Source: Eledone cirrhosa (taxonomy: Eukaryota). From it: DNA of 64,000 nucleotides. Position 1 is the stretch's first letter. Every line of letters starts with the position of its first letter. The DNA lies in assembly GCA_964016885.1 (NCBI GenBank), contig OZ024743.1, forward strand, positions 14,074,001 to 14,138,000. The letters run 5' to 3'. The position numbers and the translations under genes are program-made. The notes under the pieces are model-generated. The model was not told the origin of the DNA. It did no database searches and saw nothing but the letters and a program-made list of their open reading frames with translations. Positions 1-13,821 of this stretch are shown here, piece after piece.

Positions 1-641
1 CATCTAAGGTTATGGCTGTCTACGTAGTCAGTGTCATATGTAAGTCTACGTAGGAGGTCCAGTTCGTCTGTGTCGATGTCGCAGAACTCCACCTCACTCT
101 CAATGATCATCTCCACACATCTTTACACAGGAAAATCAATGTTAATGGATGGGTACAGTGATACCACATCCATACTGCCTATTATGCAGTTGGATAGGTT
201 TTTGTATTTGTTGCACTCACTGATTCTGCTGAGGAGGTCATCTGTACTGTCACATACATCTGGGGACATCTTGATTATGGGGGGAATAACCATTGAGAGG
301 AAGTAGCAGATCCTGCAGTTGCTAGCTATATTGGCTCCGCATACAGGCCTTGTTGGTGGTCCTATTGTCGGGTCGTCGACAGTCTTATGGTCTTTGCGGA
401 GCCCTTACAAGGGTGGTATGCCATTGTTACACGCCTGGAAGTTGTTGGCAGTGCGTCTAATTGGCTCTAGGATGTTGGTCCACATCATCATGTGAGCCTT
501 GAGGATTTTCTCTCTCCCCTCATGTATTTGGTGTGCAATTTCACTCATGTTGGTGATGTGGGGTTGCATAGCCTTGATGCAAGTATAACAAGTATAACAA
601 TATTTCTTTCGACACACGATTTCATATCAAAAACCTCGCAA

Positions 642-645
<4 letters not shown>
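1..645 (-). mobile_element. Degenerate PLE RT fragment (diverged relative of the 44612-50615 family) joined to an inverted terminal tail
   Basis: Minus strand reads CIIGSMDVVSLYPSINIDFPV*RCVEMIIESEVEF and ANNFQACNN, matching the 47132 ORF. 581-645 (+) is the family tail AAGTATAACAATATTTCTTTCGACACACGATTTCATATCAAAAACCTCGCAAAAC, followed by (TA)n. Confidence 0.85.
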
Positions 646-702
<57 letters not shown>

Positions 703-708
<6 letters not shown>

Positions 709-1209
709 TAAACGGGATAGAAAATGCTGACAAATTGTTCACAGTGAAAAATAGTTTAATTAGGAATAAATGAGAATTAGTAATTGTATTGGTTAGTATT
801 CAATTTTGGTTTTAAGTTTTACCGGTTGCGCATTTCTAAATGCTTTTCAAAAGTAATTTTGAGATAGAGCGTCCTGGATGTTTGCTCTGATCTGATTAGT
901 TTTGGGAATTCTACCTGTTTTTATGTTAAAAAAGTGGTTCCAACACTATTAAAATTGTTTTTTGCGCCAATTTGTGTTGCAGAAATTATTGTGGTCAAAA
1001 CAATTTTGATTGGTCGGTAGAGGTCATGTGTATGTAAAAAATTGATTTTGCGCCAAGACTGAGAAATGACTCTTTCACAATAAATATGTGTGTGTGTGTG
1101 TGTGTAGAAGTAAAGTGTTCGTTGTTAATATCTGTTAACATGTTAAATTATCCCCCACTCATTTACAGACACATTCCTACTGACCATCCCTCTACTACGA
1201 ATTACTCTG

Positions 1210-1289
<80 letters not shown>

Positions 1290-1958
1290 CTCCGTATAAG
1301 ACAAGAGCTGAAAAATATCTTTTGACATGTTAAAATATCGTCCACTCACTTACAGACACATTCCTACTGACCATCCCTCTACCACGAATTACTCTGCTAT
1401 ACACACACACACACACACTTGTCTTAACAGGCATTTAAACTGTCAACAGGCTGCGGTTCGCACACACTTCCCTGCTAACCATTATCACAACAACGAACAC
1501 TTTACTACTACTACTACACACACACACACACACACATATTTATTGTGAAAGATTCATTTCTCAGTCTTGGCGCAAAATCAATTTTTTAAATTTACGTGAC
1601 CTCTACCGACCAATCAAAATTATTTTGACCACAAGAATTTTTGCAACACGAATTAGCGCAAAAACCAATTTTAATAGCGTTGGAGCCACTTTTTTAACAT
1701 AAAAACAGGTAGAAATCACAAAACTAATCAGATCAGAGCAAACATCCCGGACGCTCTATCTCAAAATTACTTTTGAAAAGCATTTAGAAATGCGCAACCG
1801 GTAAAACTTAAAACCTAAAACTGAATACTAACCAATACAATTACTAATTCTCATTTATTCGTAATTAAACTATTTTTCACTGTGAACAATTTGTCAGAAT
1901 TTTCTATTCCGTTTACCAATATATAATAACTTGTGTGTTACACCTCTATTATTTTAAC
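703..1958 (+). mobile_element. Non-coding fold-back insertion in (TA)n, probably PLE terminal-repeat derived
   Basis: 703-1100 is the reverse complement of ~1520-1922. The right arm has an extra ~36 nt tail. The loop holds a ~190 bp tandem duplication with (CA)n. The same family recurs at 28201-28620. Confidence 0.7.
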
Positions 1959-2829
1959 TATATATATATATACATATATATATATATAAAATTTCAGGTT
2001 ATCAATAATGTAGTGATAATATATCGTTAGGTTAGAGATGAACAGCGTACGTGTAGGTTTGCTCAACGAAATATTTTGTATTATGAAATCCAAAAACATT
2101 TTATTAAATAACAGAATAGAGCGATCGTTATACTGTAACCATCGCTTAAAATCTACATTTTCATATTATAAATACTACCAGGATTGAACGCTTGTCTCCA
2201 TCTCCGTTTGATTGTCAAAATACATATTAACATTCTCTATTAGTCTTAATTCTATCAACTCTTCTATTATTTACCATTTAATATAAACTGCTATAGATAA
2301 AATGAGATTTCTGATTTCTTAATTCAATTCCCTAATGCATATACCAGCTGGCTACTAGCATTGATGTTATTCAGTAGCAATCGAAATCTCCCCCTTCCCC
2401 AATTGACACTTTATAATTAATACTACTACACCAAATGACCAGCCCTGTCCACTGTCCAATGTGTCAAGTATAGATTAAAATGGCACTCCCAAAAATTCTT
2501 ATTTAGATAAAATAAACCATTTACTCATTGTATTCTCATTAGAAACCCTTTATATACTTGTTTACCAGTAAATTGAATTACCATCTGTCATATACTATAC
2601 CCTCTCTTCTTCCTCTATTACTAATATAAATACTTCAATCTTTCTGATTTTATCCAGTTTATCCAAAATCTCTGAAGAAGTGACAACTGTTTATACATTT
2701 GCTATCGAATACTTGCTAACATTATATGATTACGCAAGCAGCGGTACATAGGTATTCCCTCTGTTACAGAAACATATGTCAATACCTAATAAATTCCTTT
2801 TTTAAAAAAAGCACATTCATTTTATATTC

Positions 2830-2901
<72 letters not shown>

Positions 2902-2969
2902 CATATACATATGTATATATATATACATATACATATACATATGTATATATATATATATATACATATATG

Positions 2970-3049
<80 letters not shown>

Positions 3050-3051
3050 GT

Positions 3052-3200
3052 AATAATAATGAATTAGAAGACTAAAATCCAAAGAGGGCTCTATAAGGAT
3101 AAATACATATCAAATATATAAGAACCGTACAGCAAATATTAATTCAGAATCCCCGTCAAGGGTGAAATTAGCGATTCTTTGCTTGAACTTTAATCTGTTA

Positions 3201-3208
<8 letters not shown>
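3052..3208. mobile_element. Short inverted two-piece insertion of a hammerhead-bearing terminal-repeat family
   Basis: 3052-3145 is the reverse complement of 30225-30318, and 3148-3208 is co-linear with 30165-30223. Other copies at 24221-24280, 30550-30600 and 61385-61490. Confidence 0.7.
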
Positions 3209-3249
<41 letters not shown>

Positions 3250-3254
<5 letters not shown>

Positions 3255-6200
3255 TATTGAAGTTTGCTTGAAGCATTGTGGAATAATAAGGTAAATTTCT
3301 TTAAGTCGTTTGGAAGCCTCGACAATGCAGATGGGTAAATCTCCGGGTAACAAGATCCGGTGGTGGAGAGAGATATATAAGTGGGTGTACGTTGAGATGC
3401 GTGGCGTGTATAGGACTGTAACAGTCTTATACACGCCACGCATCTCAACGTACACCCACTTATATCTCTCTCTCCACCACTGGATCTTGTTACCCGGAGA
3501 TTTACCCATCTGCATTGTCGAGGCTTCCAAACGACTTAAAGAAATTTAGCTTATTATTCCACAATGCATCAAGCAAACTTCAATACTCTCTTATCCTTAC
3601 ACCTGAGCCAGGAATTATTTGCATCCGTAATGGAACTGTTTAGACTGTCGGAGAAATGGGCCAATGCTGGCTGTCTAATTATTTTTCTGAAACGCTGCCT
3701 AAAAAACGATGTCATCCCCAACACCATCAGGAACATCCGCTTACAAGTAAGCCTACGTACACCAGCTTTCCAAAACACCACTAACCGTATACATCGCACG
3801 TGTATTAAACAGATCCTGAGACATCTCAACCGCCAATTACACGTCCATAAGCGGACACTCTCAGAGCGGACACATCGACTGTTAATAACACCCGGCGACT
3901 TGCTCCTGAAAATCACTAAAGCAATCGACCAGTGCTACCACTCCAGAGTCCAATACGAGAAAAAACGGCTCAAGCGGAAATATGAGTGGATCTTGTCTAA
4001 ACTCCACAACGAGAACATCGACACTAACGAACAGACGGACCAGAACCACGTGGTACTTAACAACCGCCACCGCCGCATCCACCAACACCGAGCCACACCT
4101 CAACGATGCGACGCAACTGGTCACCGACCTAACTGGCACTCTCACGAGCGACGAGCTGAAACTCCTACACCTCGGACCCAAGTTCATCGTCTCACAACGA
4201 CTCAAAGACAGACTCAAACTCAACATCGAGGCCAACTTTTGTCAAGCCGCTTACCAACTTAAATGGGTGACCGCCATCAACAGCGCCACAGAAAATAACA
4301 GCGCCCACGCACCCCCCCCCCCCCCCCCCAAGTTCCCCACTTACCACCCCGACAACCCACTCCACCCCCACCCCCCACCCACCAACCACGAACTCGACAC
4401 TAAACTCATCAGGCTAAAACACTCCTTCTCGGATATACTTCACAAACACACACACACACACGCACAACACACAACCTCACCAAATCTCTACTCACCACTC
4501 TCTCCAACCTAAAATCGAAGGACCTCATCTATCTCCCCTCCGACAAAGGAAAATAATGCTGCGTCATCAGCAGAGAGGCCTAGAACACCCTGAGCGTGAA
4601 AGGAAAACTCTACAAAATGTTATGGCTCCTAGCCAGAATACTCAAACCCATCTTACACACCTTGCCGGGACACGTTAACAGCTCCGAGGAGGTGTTGAAG
4701 CGCCTGCATCAAATGGATCCCGACACCAGAAAGAATAACAGATATGCCTTCAGCCTTGATGTAGTCGCTCTCTACACCTCGGTCCCAGCACTCCCGGCCG
4801 TCAATATACTGATGGAACGCGTCCAATCCACCGACCTACACTGCTTCGGGCTCACCACCACTGACATCCACCAACTCCTATCCATGGTCGTCGACAACAC
4901 CTACTTCGGATTCCTTGACCAAACATACCAACAAAACTCGAGACTGCCCATGGGATCAAGCCTGTCGGGTGTGCTAGCGATCTCTCTTACATGGACAGCT
5001 TCGAGCGCAAGGCATTCAACGCCTGCCACCCCAACGCCTGCCACCCCAACGCCGTCGCCTTTTTCTCAAGGTACGTGGACGATATCCTCATCCTCACATC
5101 TTCCCAAGACATGGCGAACAGAATCTTTGAGACGTTCAACAAAACGGACGAGAACATTGACTTCAGTGTTGAACACCCCAACGACGTCGGGTCACTTGCC
5201 CTCCTCGACTTCTGAATCAACATCATGGAATAGGGAGGGATCCACTGCAACTTCTACCGAAAGGTAGCCTGCAGGGACCTGTTCGTCCACTACAAGTCCG
5301 CCCTCCCTAACAGTGCCAAAAGAGGATACATCACGAACGAGATCGCGCGAATCAAAAACAGATGCAGCGCTCCTGCAAGTGGTGTCTCTCATACCAAGGG
5401 ATTCCTCGAGGTGCTGGGGAACAACGGGTAACCTACATCGCTCACAGACAGAGTAGGATACAGCAGACACAAGAGACAGAGAGGCACCCAAGACAAGTGC
5501 TTCTTTAAAATGCCACACCTGGGCGAGAATACCACCAACGCTATCCGCAAAGTTATACGGAGGGTGGGCTTCGACATCCACCTGGCCAACTCGGGCCCCT
5601 CCGTGCGAAGATGCCTCTCCAGGAAACTTGGGAAATCAACTGATGCGTGCTCCCTGTGAGACTGCCCGATGCGCCATGCGAACTGTTGCCTACGCACATA
5701 CGTCGTGTATAAGATAGAATGTAACAAGTGCAACCAATACTATATAGGTAGCACAAACCGGCCGTTGCACATGCGGATCAAGGAACACACTAAAACCAGG
5801 GCCTCGTCTTTCCGGAAACACATAGTCAGATGCGGAAACAAAGACGGAAAGCCCATTGTCAAAATTCTAGCGACAGAATGAAACGTCGGCACTTTACGAT
5901 ATCAAGGAAGCACTTTGGATCAAACGCCTAGGGTCACAATTAAACAACCGATCCGAGAGAAGCGAAATGAGGTGGTTGGTTTAAGTTAACAAACGATGCA
6001 GCAACACACGCACACACAAGCGAGACAGCAACACACGCATACACACACACAGTAGCATTCCACCATACGAACATACTACACTGCCAATACAGAGGAACAA
6101 TGCAACAAAACACGCACACACACACACACTCAAACGAGACAACAACACAAGCACACACACACACACAGTAACATTCACCAAACAGGCAGAGAATGGACTG

Positions 6201-6632
6201 ACAGCTGGCGCCACCCCACTCCCACAATTGAAAGAACTACTTCGGCCGCTGACCTCTGCCTGACCGACCCCATTTCACGCGCTTGCGCGCTCTGCTGAAT
6301 ACCTCAGATATTCAAAACAACGAACAGCGGAGGACGCGTTTCGCACCTTTCCGACAGACAACCCCCCACCCCACCCCTCCCGGAAAAACCCACTTGATGG
6401 ATGTGATTCCGAAATATATAGGGACAATTAAATCTCTCCCAAGGTAACTCTTTCTCATGTTGTTATTTTTATTTTTATCCTTTACGCTCCTGGCTTCATT
6501 CCTCTACACGTTACAGTCTTATACACGCCACGCATCTCAACGTACACCCACTTATATATCTCTCTCCACCACCGGATCTTGTTACCCGGAGATTTACCCA
6601 TCTGCATTGTCGAGGCTTCCAAACGACTTAAA
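3250..6632 (+). mobile_element. Near full-length Penelope-like retroelement with inverted 5' piece and direct pseudo-LTR
   Basis: Hairpin 3250-3420/3421-3590, direct repeat 3421-3545 = 6513-6632, RT and GIY-YIG coding remnants between them, (TA)n on both sides. Confidence 0.92.
3564..5983 (+). pseudogene. Disrupted PLE ORF (RT + GIY-YIG endonuclease)
   Basis: LGPKF, SDKG, FSLDVVALYTSVP, PMGSSLSG, RYVDD, LALLDF and VVYKIECNKCNQYYIGSTNRPLHMRIKEH. Multiple stops and frameshifts, and RT motifs 1-2 are lost near 4590. Confidence 0.9.
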
Positions 6633-6654
6633 TAAATATACACGTATGTATATA

Positions 6655-7218
6655 TATATTTATACTTGGGGAGGGTCATATTGTTGTAATAATATTGCCA
6701 GACTTAACAATAGAACACACTCAATGTTTGGCTGTTTTTCGCTTCTGTATCTTTTATATCAGTTAATTCATTCGGTCCTCAATGTTTACCATTGACTGAC
6801 AAACGGTCAAAAATACAGATATAATATAGATATAAACACATATATATAGTCTAACGAAGTTCTTTTGTTGCACATCTGCAACATCGTCAGTGGTGCTATT
6901 ATGTTCCTCCTGTTGTATTGTATATCTACGCCATTTTTATTTTATCTGTTTATTTTTTTTTCTTTCTTCTTCTTCTCTGCTCATGCGTTGCGTGTGTGTA
7001 TAGTGTTTGGTGTGTGTTCGCGTTCTGGAGACTGTTTGGTTATTGTATTCTATCTTAGTTTACTAGTGTGTGCGTATATGTGTTTGTTGTTGTTGTGCTT
7101 GTGTATATATTTATTTATTTATTCATTTATATTTCTCTTAAGTCTGTATTGTGTGTTTGGGTGTTGTTGTTATTCCATTGTTTCGACACACGACTTCATA
7201 TCAAAAATCTCGCAAAAT
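6655..7218 (-). mobile_element. Non-coding 3' end fragment related to the 44612-50615 family, with inverted tail
   Basis: Starts TATACTTGGGGAGGGTCAT like 44618 and 53437, and ends TTTCGACACACGACTTCATATCAAAAATCTCGCAAAA like 608-644. Confidence 0.7.
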
Positions 7219-7239
7219 ATATATATATAATTATATATA

Positions 7240-7385
7240 TAATAAAGAAAGCGTGGTAAGCAACTTCGTGAACCCTAACGCACCAGAGTACTCGATACTT
7301 AGGGTAGTAGAGTAGGTAATAGGAAAAGAGTCAGGACCACGACGGCTGATGTGCGGCCGTTTCGACGGGGTAGATCCGAACTCTT
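7240..7385 (-). mobile_element. 3' terminal fragment of a hammerhead-bearing PLE-type family
   Basis: Diverged reverse complement of ~43815-43952. Retains GAAACGGCCG, the palindromic stem III half of a hammerhead. Confidence 0.65.
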
Positions 7386-7405
7386 TTCCTATCTATCTCT
7401 CTCTC

Positions 7406-7469
<64 letters not shown>

Positions 7470-10046
7470 TATCTATCTATCTCTGTATATATATATATAT
7501 ATATTTAATACATATATGTATATATTTACATATATCATAGGTTTGCGTCCCAAACAAATGACATTAATAATTACAGATCACCACGCATAATATCTGAGAA
7601 AACCAGATAGGACATTAGCAGCTGCGAAGAAATAAACATGTATGAGATAAGGACATAAAACTCTGAAGTATATGAGATTAAACGTAATTCCCAATGATAA
7701 GGAAGAAAATCACATTTCAGATATTAGTTCTTCGACAGAAATAAAACGGTGAGAATAAGAGAAATAAAGTCAAAAAGGAAACAAGCACATAACATATAGG
7801 AGTCTAGATCTGGGTTCTATGCTGACCAAATGTGTGACATTCTCAAACCTGTCAAAGAAGAATTCGATTGAAAAAGGGAAAAAACATAGAATGAGAAGAA
7901 AGAATAGAATGTGAAATGAACAAAAATGATTAAAAAAAAGCAAAGGTTGGGAAAGGTAAGGTCTCGTCTGTCATAGAAAAGTGCGGAGGAGGAGCAGGAA
8001 GGGGAAAAGTGATGAGCTCTGGGCTTATGGTGCGGTGGTAATGGGGCTGCACCACACCGATAGAATCGCAAAAGCATTTCCGTAGACAATGACCAGCGAC
8101 ACCCGCTGTGACAGCCACTCAACCTCGGGGTTCATTCCTCCAACTGGCCTCCAAAGTTCCGATCTGGTATATATATGTGGTCATGTGTGTGTATGAAAGG
8201 GTGCATTGATAATGTGTTAATGTGTCTTAATGTATTTGAGTTTATTGTGTTGTTTCTTTGTGTAGGAAATTCCTAAATGTTCATTGGATGAATATTATAA
8301 TTTTTCCTGTTCGTTGGTTATTTTTAATGGTCTCATTATGCATTTGAGTGTGTTTGTGTGTGTGATTGCGTGTGTTGTGCATGCATATATTTTATATGTG
8401 TTAGGGGCTTATGACTCACATTGGTATCTGTTTGTGGATTTCTGGAGTTATAGTCTTGATCTGTGTGTATTGTCTTAAAATTAACGTATATGTGGTATAG
8501 AATGTAAAGAAAATACTTCAGGGAAATTAGATGGAATAAGTTTGTCCCGAGGACAAATATAAATGCCTGCTCCTTTGAAAAACGTTTTGGAAAATTTATT
8601 TCACACATGTTGATATCGGACGGTAATCGGTCTTAGGGTGTATTGAACGGTGTGACAAGTGACAGTTGACACATTCTGGATTCGGATGCCACTGTCATGT
8701 TTCGCAAATAGCTTGATCATTTTCCGGCCTGTTTCAAATATATTTGAATTACACAACGAGAGAATATCTAGAAATCCTCCTTAAATTAATAAACTTACTG
8801 TCTATAAAAAAGTAATGCTGCTGATAATGATTATGTGATGATGGTTACTTATATATCTGACAACAAATCATTCACGATTATTATCGCCGTAGCATCCTTT
8901 CAAAGTGATAGGAGCGATTTAAGGAAGCGTTATGTCCATACACTATATTTTAATACTGAATATAGCGACATGTAATTTTCCTTTGAATATAGAATAAAGG
9001 GATTTGAAGAAACATTATTCCATTACCAGACGCACCATTATCCAGCATTGGAAAGAAATTAGAATATCTCTGAAGCGCTTCTCCCTACAAAATTCCAATC
9101 AAAAGTCGATCTGAGAAAATGGTAAATGTATTCGGCTCTCCTGTCACGGAGGGGGAAAACCCAGAGATCTTATGATAACTTGGCGAATTCCGTACCCGCT
9201 GAAACATACCCCCATAGCAACACATATACAACCAACATAAAACTAAATTAGGATTCTAGGAATGTCAAAATAATGTAAACCACCAAATCAACTAGCTTCG
9301 TACTAATATAATTTCCTATTGATATATTTTTAATGAAACACGATTTCAATAATGGGCAGAGCATTAACCGGGATCAATAAGTATTCAAAGGATCATTATT
9401 TCAAAACAGGATGTAACAATACATACCGTCTCTTTGAAAATACAGTGATTCAGCCGAATTAATGTAACATTATTTCAAATCGGATATTAGTTTTATCTAA
9501 TATTCCTTCAAAAGAGAGTCGAAGTGGTTTGAAGAAACATTATTACAATACTAGATGTACCGTTGTACAAGATGTGAAGAAATATTATCTCAAAAGCGGA
9601 ATGTTCGGGAAGAGAGAATTTGGTATCTGACAGATGCATCCTTAAGTAGAGATAGGTACGTTCATTCTTAATTGATTCTCACTTTTCACCCTTGGACAAT
9701 TTCCTCAACACACCTAAACAGCATCTGCTGTCATGCTAAAAGTAATGACAGTTCGATCATATGGGAGGAGATGGGCTCCGCCAAGCATTTCTAAAGCCCA
9801 TTGAAATGCCACAGAGACTCACAGACAAGGAAAATAATAGCACCTACACGACTGACAACACAACTGAGAAGAATTTAATTGAAGGTATACATAGTCATAA
9901 ATTTATGCAAAAGCTGATATGTTGAGACAAATATGTCAATTATCTAATGTACAATACTGAATTGCTCGTATGAAACGGCGTCAATTACGAAATACAATAT
10001 TTATATACATCTGCTGTTTTCTTGCCACCAATATTACACATAGAGA

Positions 10047-10232
10047 GCGGTGGATTGGCAGTATCGGTGGAGGGTCGGACGCCATGCTTTCCAGCATTGT
10101 TACGTCCCTTTACTATCTGAGTTCAAATCTCGCCGAGGTTGACTTTGCCTTTCATCCTTACGGGGTCGATAAAATAAAGTACCAGTAATGCACTGGGTAA
10201 TTGCTGGCCCTGTGTCTAAATTAGAAACAAAT
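10047..10232 (+). mobile_element. tRNA-derived SINE (octopus-type, Nin/Deu-like core)
   Basis: A-box-like TGGCAGTATCGG, B-box GAGTTCAAATC, core GACTTTGCCTTTCATCCTTACGGGGTCGATAAAATAAAGTACCAG. Eight copies in the window. Confidence 0.85.
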
Positions 10233-11178
10233 ATTACACATACACACACATACACCTATATATGTATATATTTATATATATATATATATATTAGTATGTA
10301 CATATAAACATACATATTAATATACATAAATACATAGACACGCACACATACATGGTCACGAACATATATAAATGTGTGTGTGTGTCTTTGCGACGATTCT
10401 GAATTTCAATGACAATCAACAGAATACTAACTCGTAAAATAAAATTTTAGGATGTATTTAATATTCATTCATAAATAAGACTGCATTATAAAATTTGCAA
10501 CAGCCTAAGTCATAAATATAAAAACAGAATAGTAAAAAACCTGCAAGTCTACAATGTCTTATAAAGACTATAATTATGAATATTTATTTCAGTCGCGTGA
10601 TTTGTCTGCTCAATTCCACCAAAATATTAAATATAGTGCTGGTTCAGAATATCTTATGATATGAAACGATTAAATATAAAAGTCGATATTAGAATTTTTT
10701 GCTTACACTTGAGATTTTTTAGCGAGGAATCTGCTTAGGAAATATTATTTATTTTCCCTAAGCACCACGTCGTTTTGACACTCAATAAACCTGAAAAAAT
10801 ATTTGTCGTCTTTGTAATGATGTAGGGTTTTAATTTCAAATTATGTAACTTATTCTTAAGGAACTTTCTATTTTTCTGAACTTTATGTAAAAGAAAATTG
10901 TGGCTTTAAGAGATACAGCGAATGAGGTACAGGGAAGAAGTTGGAAGCATGACAAGTGAGAATAGTGCGTGAATTGCGAACTATTTATTCAGAGAGACAG
11001 AGGGAAACTTCACCTATTCTCAGTAATAAACTTTACATGATCACGCGGATTAAAAACAATAACACACACAAATCAATCACTATTATGTAGCACACGTGGA
11101 ATCTGTTGTAAATTCTGTAACATGTATGTTGGTTTTGTTATATATATATATATATATATATTTCTTTTCATTTTTTCC

Positions 11179-11966
<788 letters not shown>

Positions 11967-11969
11967 ATA

Positions 11970-12387
11970 TACTCGGGTGTGTATGATTGTGTATAGAAGA
12001 TTATATTAACAAGAGGAATTCCAACAACTTTGTCTGATTTACTCGTTTTATGTACAATCCTTTAAAATGTATAATGGTATTATAATGAAATATTATTATA
12101 GAATATTAAATTCTAAGTGTTAATTGAACAAGTACTTTCATGCTTTCGCAATCTTCAGGTTCATGATATGTGGTGACAGTCAAGTTTTCAATTTTCAACT
12201 GTGGAAAATTTGAAACTTGACTGTCACCACATATCATGAACCCGAAGATTGCGAAAGCATGAAAGTACTTATTTAATTAACACTTAGAATTTAATATTCT
12301 ATCATACTATTTCATTATAATACCATTATAAATTTTAAAGGATTGTAAATAAAACGAGTAAATCAGACAAAGTTGGAATTCCTCTTA

Positions 12388-12392
<5 letters not shown>
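11970..12392 (-). mobile_element. Fold-back PLE terminal-repeat insertion
   Basis: Arms ~12005-12196 and ~12204-12392, short loop, ~35 nt tail on the left, hammerhead in each arm. Confidence 0.8.
12125..12163 (-). ncRNA. Minimal type I hammerhead ribozyme
   Basis: TGAAC-CTGAAGA-TTGC GAAA GCAT-GAAA-GTAC-TT-GTTCA: stem I 5 bp, stem II, palindromic stem III. The opposite arm has a mutated core (CCGAAGA). Confidence 0.8.
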
Positions 12393-12427
<35 letters not shown>

Positions 12428-12479
12428 AATATATCCGACACTAATTTGCATAATAGTATGAATAAATTTATAACCTCAC

Positions 12480-13690
<1,211 letters not shown>

Positions 13691-13821
13691 ATATATATAT
13701 ATAATCGTTCATTTACTGCTATATATATTTCGATGATAGCCATTGAATGGCTATGACCTGATCAGGCAGTTAGTCAGTACTTAGATATGCCAGCTCTGTG
13801 TTTATAGTGCTGATGGTATCA

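Noticed and set aside
2150-2700. Possible ancient LINE RT remnant on the minus strand
   Set aside because: No diagnostic motif recoverable by eye.
3198-3549. Paired sense and antisense ORFs with the same protein (also 25965/26591)
   Set aside because: An artefact of the inverted repeats, with no protein motifs.
4550-5885. In-frame TGA codons as selenocysteine recoding, as reported for some Naiad PLEs
   Set aside because: TAA/TAG stops and frameshifts are also present, and the TGAs look like CGA>TGA decay. I did not recognise a SECIS element.
7560-8640. Possible PLE 5' region or host exon
   Set aside because: No clear motif, repeat partner or open frame.
8960-9620. Degenerate repeat TTTGAAGAAACATTATT/A at ~9003 and ~9528, and a possible LINE endonuclease start near 9245
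   Set aside because: Too decayed to assign and multiple stops; possibly old RTE debris.
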